Notes under the pieces: generated by a model | Databases searched by the model: none | The model's input: the letters and a program-made list of their open reading frames with translations, nothing else | Told to the model about the DNA's origin: nothing | Assembly: GCA_964035545.1 (NCBI GenBank) | Contig: OZ037765.1 | Span: 35,364,080-35,428,079 of the forward strand | Direction: 5' to 3' | DNA: 64,000 bases | Source: Bugula neritina | Lineage: Eukaryota; Animalia; Bryozoa | Shown here: positions 15,375-27,500 of the stretch, in pieces | Numbering within the stretch: position 1 is the first letter of the stretch | Layout: each line of letters opens with the position of its first letter | Translations under genes and position numbers: made by a program

Positions 15375-16755
15375 ACTCTGCTCACTGTAGAGGAAACTAC
15401 AAATCAATAATCATATGACTCATCACGCCAAGTAGAAACCTAAGTTAGGGGTGTCTGTTGAATTTATTAAGGGTATAAGTATATCTTTGTGGGGAAAGAA
15501 TATATTGCAAAGTATTGAAAATTGATTGCCAAACTTCAATCCAGCCATTGTAAATATGCTCAAGAATTGTAATAGTATAACACAGCAGTTATGATAGGAA
15601 ATATGGTACTAATTGGTCGGCATAATTATGTTAAAAATTATAATACTAATAGTAATAGTAGTAACCAATAACCTAGACTTATAAGTGAAACTGAGAGTAA
15701 ATGTGACAGTAGTACTAATAGTAATAGTAATTATACAGTCATAATGCTGATACTTATCAAATACTCATAGTTACACTATTATACTTATACTTATAGTAAA
15801 TGCAATAGAACTTACATCAAACTTGATGATCATTAAAATATTCATATAATAAATGTAATAATTGGTATTATTACTATTAGTACTATTAGTATTAAACTCA
15901 GTATTAGTACTACTACTACTGTACTACTACTAGTAGTAGTAGTCATTAGTGATTAGTTAAAATAGTTGCTACTGTCAGACATTAGTATTAGTATTAGTAT
16001 AAGTATTTCATCACCATGACTAACTAATACTATAACTATGAGTATGAGCATGAGCAATGCTGATAACTAAGTTATTATTCATTATCATTATGAATATTCA
16101 ATAATAGTATGAATATGATTTAGATTACCCTACGGCTACTCATATACTGATATACATTATGATTATGGTTATGATGATCAGTACCACATTCGTAATGATA
16201 ATCATTGAGAATCAGATTGTCATTCACACTGTGGCTGTGATCACTACGACTATCACTATCAGTAATGAGTAATGACTAATTATATTACTAATAGTAATAC
16301 TAATATTAATTACTAATACTAATAGTAATTGTTGCAATCCGAAGTCAAGCGAATTTCAAATTGCCTTGCCCTTTGGTCGTCAAAAATAAGACTAAAACGT
16401 TGGCTCATATCATCATAATGACAATATTAATATATTTAGAATTACAATAAGTGAATAACTCGTTTCAAGTTATGTGAATGATTATCATCATAGCAACTGG
16501 AAAGTGGTTACAGGGTTAATTTCTATTTTATACAAAAAAGCAATGAAGTATCAATTATGTAAACTTTCTTAGGATCAAAGTTCAAACAAGCCTTGTTTTT
16601 TTTATTTTTTTGCAACATTCATTATGCTTTAATAAGGTAAAGATGAGAGACATCAAATGGTAAAACACTCCTAGAGCAGATGGACTCGCCACAATAACAA
16701 AATAGTTTGCAAATTAATTAGGATGCCAAGCTAAAGTGATAAATAATGTGAAATG

Positions 16756-16880
16756 GTTCTATAAGCAGCGCCTAGTTGGTGGTGAATGAGTGCAGTAGAA
16801 TGGAGTAGTGCGCCCAACTTCAGAATCGAGACTTGAGCGACTGCACTCATTCACCACAAACTCGGAGCTGCTTATAGAAC
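16756..16880. repeat. Short inverted-repeat (MITE-like) element between the divergent HSDL2 and SZT2 starts
   Basis: Arms of ~41 bp: gttctataagcagcgcctagttggtggtgaatgagtgcagt and actgcactcattcaccacaaactcggagctgcttatagaac, with about 3 mismatches. Confidence 0.65.
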
Positions 16881-18573
16881 AATTCAATAAGGCTATTAAC
16901 TACAACAAAAAGAAAAAGTGGAAGCGCGCCCAATTGAGAAGGGGATTGATAACTTGAGATGACTGCCTGTAAAATATTATACTGAGAGTGCAAGGGGCTT
17001 GTAAACACGAATTACTAAACATTATTACGGGGAGCTTCGCCTAAGTGTCATGTGACTAGCTCGATGCATGGGAAGGATCTGCAACTTTGCAAAGTCTTGT
17101 ATGTCGTGAGGCTTAGGTTGCGATAAATATAAATATTATACTAGTAGTACTAGTACTTTCTCACATGAACTGTCAACTGCTCATCATGTATTAGATTATG
17201 AGCAGTTATATTTGTGACCTGCAGAATACTTTCCTATAACTAGTATAACTATAAGGGTTATTTACTTTTAGTAATAGTTGTAGACTCTGCTACCTAGCCT
17301 ACCAAGATTTACTTTTACTTTTAGATGCAGACTATCACTATCAGACTCAAAATCACTAATGACTATCAGTATCACGATGAGTATGAGTATGATATGGTAA
17401 TATTCAAATAAGATTAGTTAATTATTATATTTATTAAGATTATAATAAAATCAAATTGAAATACTAATAGTAATTAAGATTTAATATTGATATTCAATCA
17501 ATTAAATCTGATGTTATTTATTAATATAGATTTAAATGTTATCGAATATAATTATAACCATAAACTATGTTCATGAGCCTGTCGATGTTATGTATCTCCA
17601 CACTGGACCTCCCTAGAGGAAAGAAGGGGTGTGCCGCATATAGAAAATAAGTTGTCAGTACTTGGGCAGTAGTCTAAACAATGTTAACATTCTTGTGCAG
17701 ATATGGAGTTGGACTATGTAGTAAATAGTTTAAGCTAAATACTAAATTCAAGTTGAATATGGATATTAATATTTTTAATGTCATTGTTATGATGTTGAAT
17801 TTGATCATCGTCATGATGATGATGATCATATTGGTTGAATTTACTATTTAATAAATAATTGTGCTTATCAAAATGAAATTTCATAGTAGAATAATTTAAA
17901 TTTATTTATTTGTTAATAATAAAGATAGAATACAACCCTTTTACTTTTTTGTGGTGATATATAATGAATTATGAATGATGGATTTTTTACTCAAAGTGCA
18001 TTGTTATTGTTCAATGTTTTCCAAAATTCAATTTTATGATAGCTGTTTTCAATCTATTTTGAGTTTTAAATCCAGTATGAGTCAGTCGGTTGAATCTCAA
18101 TCGTGCACTTGCACGAACCCGTGTTTATGGTAAACCTCAATTGTAGTACCACTACTAGTTATCTGTATGCACAGCTAGGTTCAAGTTGAGTAACGAAACT
18201 TATGCTAAACACAATAAAGAGTTTTGACCTACTTTTTACTATAGTGTTACCTGGTTATCAGATGTCTATTGAAATAATAACTTTGATTTTTCTGTTAGCA
18301 GTCATATTTTATAATCAACTAACTGTGTTTTAAGTACACAATAGGTCTAGTAGCCATATGGTAACCCTAGTTGACTGACAGGTATTGTGAGTGAACTGAG
18401 AGACGTAGAAGGAGAGTAGCACAAGTATTGTGTAAAGTATAAACTCTTGTCTTATGATAAGATTGCTCTCGTAGGTGTTCCTGTTGATTGCATAAGAATG
18501 GGAGGCAGTGATGCTGATGGTAGACACTGACTCAACGCTGTTGAAGGGTTTGCTGATTGGTTGAGAAATCAAT

Positions 18574-21500
18574 ATGGAGGACACAGCAGGAAGCAGTACT
18601 GTCACCTCTTCCCTGGAGGTACTGTTCTGTAGACTTATATACATATAGTAGCCGTGTGGACTGTATGATGCACTCAGTCTATGTAATGTTGTTACAGGTA
18701 GTAGTGGCAGATACCGTGTTCCTCCTCATGACAAAAGAACACAGAATCTCCAAGCATCTCCGAGCCAAGTGGTACTTAAAACACGTCAACACTATCATGG
18801 ATTTTCCGTACTCAGACGTGAGTGAGACAACTGTCATGTTGTGATATATAAACAGTAGACAGTATGGAGTAGTTGTGATATATAAACAGTAGACAGTGTG
18901 GAGTAGTTGTGATATATAAACATCTAGTAGACAGTATGGAGTAGTTGTGATATATAAACAGTAGACAGTATGTAGTAGTTGTGATATATAAACAGTAGAC
19001 AGTATGGAGTAGTTGTGATATATAAACAGTAGACAGTATGGAGTAGTTGTGATATATAAACAGTAGACAGTATGGAGTAGTTGTGATATATAAACAGCTA
19101 GTAGACAGTATGGAGTAGTTGTGATATATAAACAGTAGACAGTATGGAGTAGTTGTGATATATAAACAGTAGACAGTATGGAGTAGTTGTGATATATAAA
19201 CAGTAGACAGTATGGAGTAGTTGTGATATATAAACAGTAGACAGTATGGAGTAGTTGTGATATATAAACAGTAGACAGTATGGAGTAGTTGTGATATATA
19301 AACAGTAGACAGTGTGGAGTAGTTGTGATATATAAACAGTAGACAGTATGGAGTAGTTGTGATATATAAACAGTAGACAGTGTGGAGTAGTTGTGATATA
19401 TAAACAGTAGACAGTGTGGAGTAGTTGTGATATATAAACAGTAGACAGTATGGAGTAGTTGTGATATATAAACAGCTAGTAGACAGTATGGAGTAGTTGT
19501 GATATATAAACAGTAGACAGTGTGGAGTAGTTGTGATATATAAACAGTAGACAGTGTGGAGTAGTTGTGATATATAAACAGTAGACAGTATGGAGTAGTT
19601 GTGATATATAAACAGCTAGTAGACAGTATGGAGTAGTTGTGATATATAAACAGTAGACAGTATGGAGTAGTTGTGATATATAAACAGTAGACAGTATGGA
19701 GTAGTTGTAATATATAAACAGTAGACAGTGTGGAGTAGTTGTGATATATAAACAGCTAGTAGACAGTATGGAGTAGTTGTGATATATAAACAGTAGACAG
19801 TGTGGAGTAGTTGTGATATATAAACAGTAGACAGTGTGGAGTAGTTGTGATATATAAACAGTAGACAGTGTGGAGTAGTTGTGATATATAAACAGTAGAC
19901 AGTGTGGAGTAGTTGTGATATATAAACAGTAGACAGTATGGAGTAGTTGTGATATATAAACAGTAGACAGTGTGGAGTAGTTGTGATATATAAACAGTAG
20001 ACAGTGTGGAGTAGTTGTAATATATAAACAGTAGACAGTATGGAGTAGTTGTGATATATAAACAGTAGACAGTGTGGAGTAGTTGTGATATATAAACAGT
20101 AGACAGTGTGGAGTAGTTGTGATATATAAACAGTAGACAGTGTGGAGTAGTTGTGATATATAAACAGTAGACAGTATGGAGTAGTTGTAATATATAAACA
20201 GTAGACAGTATGGAGTAGTTGTGATATATAAACAGTAGACAGCATGGAGTAGTTGTGATATATAAACAGTAGACAGTATGGAGTAGTTGTGATATATAAA
20301 CAGTAGACAGTATGGAGTAGTTGTGATATATAAACAGTAGACAGTATGGAGTAGTTGTGATATATAAACAGTAGACAGTATGGAGTAGTTGTGATATATA
20401 AACAGTAGACAGTATGGAGTAGTTGTGATATATAAACAGTAGACAGTATGGAGTAGTTGTGATATATAAACAGTAGACAGTGTGGAGTAGTTGTGATATA
20501 TAAACAGTAGACAGTATGGAGTAGTTGTGATATATAAACAGTAGACAGTGTGGAGTAGTTGTGATATATAAACAGTAGACAGTGTGGAGTAGTTGTGATA
20601 TATAAACAGTAGACAGTATGGAGTAGTTGTGATATATAAACAGTAGACAGTATGGAGTAGTTGTGATATATAAACAGTAGACAGTGTGGAGTAGTTGTGA
20701 TATATAAACAGTAGACAGTGTGGAGTAGTTGTGATATATAAACAGTACACAGTGTGGAGTAGTTGTGATATATAAACAGTAGACAGTATGGAGTAGTTGT
20801 GATATATAAACAGTAGACAGTGTGGAGTAGTTGTGATATATAAACAGTAGACAGTATGGAGTAGTTGTGATATATAAACAGTAGACAGTGTGGAGTAGTT
20901 GTGATATATAAACAGTAGACAGTGTGGAGTAGTTGTGATATATAAACAGCTAGTAGACAGTATGGAGTAGTTGTGATATATAAACAGTAGACAGTGTGGA
21001 GTAGTTGTGATATATAAACAGTAGACAGTATGGAGTAGTTGTGATATATAAACAGTAGACAGTATGGAGTAGTTGTGATATATAAACAGTAGACAGTATG
21101 GAGTAGTTGTGATATATAAACAGTAGACAGTGTGGAGTAGTTGTGATATATAAACAGTAGACAGTATGGAGTAGTTGTGATATATAAACAGCTAGTAGAC
21201 AGTATGGAGTAGTTGTGATATATAAACAGTAGACAGTATAGAGTAGTTGTGATATATAAACAGTAGACAGTGTGGAGTAGTTGTGATATATAAACAGTAG
21301 ACAGTGTGGAGTAGTTGTGATATATAAACAGTAGACAGTATGGAGTAGTTGTGATATATAAACAGTAGACAGTGTGGAGTAGTTGTGATATATGAACAGT
21401 AGACAGTATGGAGTAGTTGTGATATATAAACAGCTAGTAGACAGTATGGAGTAGTTGTGATATATAAACAGTAGACAGTATGGAGTAGTTGTGATATATA

Positions 21501-24500
21501 AACAGTAGACAGTATAGAGTAGTTGTGATATATAAACAGTAGACAGTGTGGAGTAGTTGTGATATATAAACAGTAGACAGTATGGAGTAGTTGTGATATA
21601 TAAACAGTAGACAGTGTGGAGTAGTTGTGATATATAAACAGTAGACAGTGTGGAGTAGTTGTGATATATAAACAGTAGACAGTATGGAGTAGTTGTGATA
21701 TATAAACAGTAGACAGTATGGAGTAGTTGTGATATATAAACAGTAGACAGTATGGAGTAGTTGTAATATATAAACAGTAGACAGTGTGGAGTAGTTGTGA
21801 TATATGAACAGTAGACAGTATGGAGTAGTTGTGATATATAAACAGCTAGTAGACAGTATGGAGTAGTTGTGATATATAAACAGTAGACAGTATGGAGTAG
21901 TTGTGATATATAAACAGTAGACAGTGTGGAGTAGTTGTGATATATAAACAGTAGACAGTGTGGAGTAGTTGTGATATATAAACAGCTAGTAGACAGTATG
22001 GAGTAGTTGTGATATATAAACAGTAGACAGTGTGGAGTAGTTGTGATATATAAACAGTAGACAGTATGGAGTAGTTGTGATATATAAACAGTAGACAGTA
22101 TGGAGTAGTTGTGATATATAAACAGTAGACAGTATGGAGTAGTTGTGATATATAAACAGTAGACAGTGTGGAGTAGTTGTGATATATAAACAGTAGACAG
22201 TATGGAGTAGTTGTGATATATAAACAGCTAGTAGACAGTATGGAGTAGTTGTGATATATAAACAGTAGACAGTATAGAGTAGTTGTGATATATAAACAGT
22301 AGACAGTGTGGAGTAGTTGTGATATATAAACAGTAGACAGTGTGGAGTAGTTGTGATATATAAACAGTAGACAGTATGGAGTAGTTGTGATATATAAACA
22401 GCTAGTAGACAGTATGGAGTAGTTGTGATATATAAACAGTAGACAGTATGGAGTAGTTGTGATATATAAACAGTAGACAGTGTGGAGTAGTTGTGATATA
22501 TAAACAGTAGACAGTGTGGAGTAGTTGTGATAAGTAGTAGTAGGTGGATGGTCCTGGCTCACTCTTCTTCCACCGTCGAGTCTTCGACTCGCCAGTGTCA
22601 GAAGAGTGAGCCAGGACGCATCCACCTACTACTACTGTGATATATAAACAGTAGACAGTATGGAGTAGTTGTGATATATAAACAGTAGACAGTGTGGAGT
22701 AGTTGTGATATATAAACAGTAGACAGTGTGGAGTAGTTGTGATATATAAACAGTAGACAGTGTGGAGTAGTTGTGATATATAAACAGTAGACAGTATGGA
22801 GTAGTTGTGATATATAAACAGCTAGTAGACAGTATGGAGTAGTTGTGATATATAAACAGTAGACAGTATGGAGTAGTTGTGATATATAAACAGTAGACAG
22901 TGTGGAGTAGTTGTGATATATAAACAGTAGACAGTGTGGAGTAGTTGTGATAAGTAGTAGTAGGTGGATGGTCCTGGCTCACTCTTCTTCCACCGTCGAG
23001 TCTTCGACTCGCCAGTGTCAGAAGAGTGAGCCAGGACGCATCCACCTACTACTACTCTATTAGTAATATTATAAAAAAGTAGTGTAATATTATAAAAAGT
23101 AGTGTAATATTATAAATTTTATTTAGAAAAATATTTTTTTAAAATAAGAAAAAAAATATTTTTAAGGTGGATGGTTCTAGCTCACAATACGATACTATTA
23201 GTAAGATAATAAATTATTATACGTTAAGAATATAATAATTTAGTATTTAAACGTCATAACTTGGAAATGTTGGTAAAGATTCAGTAGATTCGGTTATACC
23301 TCCATCATTCGTTGATATAACTAATTTATTACCAACTGCTTCTTGTAATTTAGGAATAGCGTAATTATTTATATTATTTATTGTAATAAGATCCGAAATA
23401 TTTATACCCGTTTCTACAATATTACCATCACTCGAAAGCATTAATAATTTACCTCCGATTATTGGTTGTATTTTATTCATAGCGAAATTATTTATATTAC
23501 TAGTCGTAATAATATCGCTAACGCTTAAACTACTATCCGCGACATTACCCGAAGTAGTTGAAACGGTTAATTTTTCATTCGCTGGTTGTATTTTATTTAT
23601 AGCGAAATTATTTATATTACTAGTCGTAACGACATCGCTAACGCTTAAATTACTATCTACAATATTACCCGTATTAGTTGATACGGTTAATTTTTCACTC
23701 GGGTCTCGTATAAGGGGTACGGCGTAATTAGATATATTAGTTTTTGTAACGACATCGTCAACTTTTAAATCGCTATCTATAACACGTCCATCGTCGGTTG
23801 ATATAGTTAACTGATTAATAGGATGTAATATTTTAGGCATACTCGTATCGTCAACGTATTTTTTTGTAGCCACGTCTTGATCGTCAGCCGGATTAATAAC
23901 TCTAGATATTTTATTTTCACCCATATCTAATGTACCCGTAAGAGTACTACTACCGTTTATTAAAACGAATTTTTTTGTATCTATTTTTGTTTTTTCGCTT
24001 CCTCCGAATTTATAAACACTCATTTATAATTGTAGTAAAGTTTTAACGACACTAATTCAAACGGTAAAGCTATAGGCGCGTTGTCATTAATCGTAATGTC
24101 ATTGGGTTTACGACTAGTATAATTGTTTGAGCAGTGTAATACTAATCCAATATTTTTATCGCTCTCAATATATTCCAACATAGGTATTTTTACTCGCGCA
24201 ACGCCTCCTTGAATTATATATTCTTTAGTATTGTGTTCGAGAGGGTTATTAACATCACCAATAATTAAAGTTAAATTTTTATCTTTCCAATATAAAGGAT
24301 TATTATTATTAGCTGGAAGATGTTGAAATTCTAATAAAGCGTATTTTAATTCTATTGGTTTATCCACTATATATCCCAATAACATTCCTATATTAATCGT
24401 TGTACTAAAAGATTGTATAAAAACGTCATTATTTTTAGTTACGACTCTTTCGATATAATTTTCTTTTTTAGCTTTCGCTAATGATTCACCAAATTTATAA

Positions 24501-27500
24501 ACACTCATTTATTACGGTATATAAAATTCGTCTAACCCGTGTCTATATCTCCCATTATTTTTTGAGGAAGAAAGATCTAAAGTAATAAAGCCGTGAGGTT
24601 TTTGCCATCCTTTATAACAAAAGTTTTTAAATTCGTTTAACGTTAAATCTCCGTTTACGTGATCTTGATATATATGATTTAAATTTTTTCCGTCTTGAGG
24701 AAATAAGCAAATAAAATTAGCGTTTTCTCGAATAGTATTTCTAGGCAGCTTAAAATAATTTTGCGACAAATAAAAACAATCGACGTTATTATGTCGTCCT
24801 CTTACGTAATAACTTTCGCAAGTTTTTTGTTTTTCCAACATTAAATCATCGAATATTATTAAATTTTTATTACTAGCGTCTAATTCGCTAGGATCATAAA
24901 CGTCGTCACTAGATTCGATAAATTCGGCGTCTATATTACCGTTACCCCTACTATTTTTTAAAACACGATTTATGTTTATACCCGAATTTATTATCGCGTC
25001 ACTATTTTTAAAAAAATTTAAAATTTCTTCTTTAGTTAATTTACGTTCGAAAGCTTTCCTCATATTTATATATTCGGGTTGAGAAAGACTTTTACCGTAA
25101 ATCATAAGTTTATCGTAATCGAGCCAATTAGGTTGTAATAGTAAGTTACAAAGTAACGTAGTTTTACCGCATCCAGACTTTCCAACGATAAGACCTCTTA
25201 TGCTTTTAGGAAGTAAAGGATTATTATTACGATTAATTTCGTTTTTCCACGAAAGATTTTCTATTTCCATTTATTATAATAAATGTATTGTTGTAAGTGT
25301 AAAACTAAAACGAAAACTCTTAATTACGAAAAGAGAGTAAGTAAAAATAATAGACTAATGGGTTACGGTAATTGCGGTCAATGCGGATGTAAAAAGACTA
25401 CATTTGTTGGGTCGGGTTTAGCTAATAATTTAATAAATAATTTACCCTTCGAATTGCATTATCCAGGCCACAATTTTTTAGGACCGGGTACTAAATTAAA
25501 TAAGCGTTTAAATGACGACATGACTCCTAAAGAATGGAGTAAACCGGTAGATCGAGATGACGCTATAGCTATGAGACACGACGTATGTTACGCGCTTAAT
25601 AAAGATACTAAGACTAGAAACGAAATATGTGATAAAAATATGCTAGACGAACTGAAAGCTATACCTAATCCTACGCCCGCTGAACAGCGACACAGTCGTT
25701 TCGCTTCGGCAATAATAGGAGCGAAAAAGCGTTTAGGATGGGGATGGACGAACGAGTTAGCCGAAGAACTACATAAACCCGTACAAAAAAAATTTCGTAA
25801 AAGACGAGTTTGGGTATCGGGTATTGATAATATTTGGGCGGCTGACTTGGTTGATATGACTGAATTCGCTAAATTTAATAACGGTTATAAATATTTACTA
25901 ACGGTAATAGACGTGTTTTCAAAATACGGTTGGATAATACCTTTAAAAAATAAGACTGGAAAAGCGACGGCTTTAGCTTTAAAAACAATTTTAACTCGTC
26001 GTAAGCCTCAACATTTATGGGTTGACAAGGGAAAAGAGTTTTATAACAAAGACGTAAAGTCCTTAATAGACTTATATTCTACGGAAAATGAAGAAAAGTC
26101 TAGCGTAGTAGAGAGGTGGAATAGAACTATGAAAGAGCGAATGTTTAAATATTTTTCGGCTAATAATACTTATAAATATATAGACGTACTAAAAGATTTA
26201 GTAAAACGATATAACGAGACTAAACATTCGTCTATTGGAATGACACCGATTGAAGCTAGTGACCCTTCTAACGAAAATAAAGTACGCGTGAAATTATATC
26301 CAAACTTACCAGCGCCTTCTAAACCTAAATTTGTTATAGGTGATAGAGTGCGTATACCTCGTAAGAAACGAACGTTTGAAAAAGGTTATACCGTTAGATG
26401 GACGGAGGAGGTGTTTACTATAAGTAAAATATTATATACTAATCCGATTACTTATAAATTAACTGATTCGGGTGGAGAAGAAATTCAAGGATCTTTTTAC
26501 GAACAGGAATTACAAAAGACGAAGCAAGAAATGTATAGAATAGAGCGCGTAATTAAAAAGAAAGGTAAAAAGGCTTTAGTAAAATGGTTGGGTTATCCCG
26601 ATTCTCAAAACTCTTGGGTAAATTTAAACGTTTTAGAACGATTATAGTGGACACTAGACACAAATGTGGACACTAGACACAAAAGTGGACACAAATGTGG
26701 ACACTAGACACAAAAGTGGACACAAATGTGTTTGTGTCCATAAAAAGTGGACACAAATGTGTTTGTGTCCATAAAAAGTAGACACAAATGTGTTTGTGTC
26801 CACAAAAAGTAGACACAAATTAATATATAATAAATGAGTTATTTAAAGATTCACGACCCTATAAAAAGAGATAAAACCGTACAAGATTTTATTTCTCGAA
26901 AGAATAAATTAAAAGAAAATTTTAAACGAGAACGCGAGCGAGAATTAAATGCCGCTATAGCTCAAGAAAAATATTTTGAACCCGTAATTGCTTCGCAAGC
27001 TCAAACGACTGACGCGTTAAAACAATTGCTTACATTACCCAATTATAATGTTCAACCGGCTATAACGGATGGAGTTATAAATTTAGACGAATTTACTCAA
27101 AACGCTTTAGCTGGTTTAGAACCCGGCGCTTATAACGTAAAGTGGGATGGTAATAGACACGTTATTGGTACAAAACCTATAAGCTTTAACGATGGTAAAA
27201 TAATTTTTGATAACGAAGAATATTTGGCGACTAGAGGACTTTTAAGTCTTTTAACGCGTAAAACGCCTATAGGATACGATGATAATGATTTAGCGAATTA
27301 CGCTAATATACTCGATAATAGCGGCGCTATATATCAAAGTAAACACGGTCCCATAGATAAAAATAGTGAAAAATGGAAAAATATTGTTAGACCTATTTGG
27401 GAACAATTATATCCTCAGAGAGCGAAACTCGCCGATAGTAAAAAAGCTAAAAGGCAAGTCGGTGATGGAGTAGTATATTTATCGTCTGATCCTAACGCTT

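Noticed and set aside
18838-22952. 34-bp array as a CRISPR array, with the hairpin as a spacer
   Set aside because: Units are head-to-tail with no unique spacers, there are no cas genes, and it lies in a eukaryotic intron.
19476-23045. Long minus-strand ORFs (424, 209, 259 and 137 aa)
   Set aside because: Translations of the satellite and the terminal hairpin; periodic and low-complexity.
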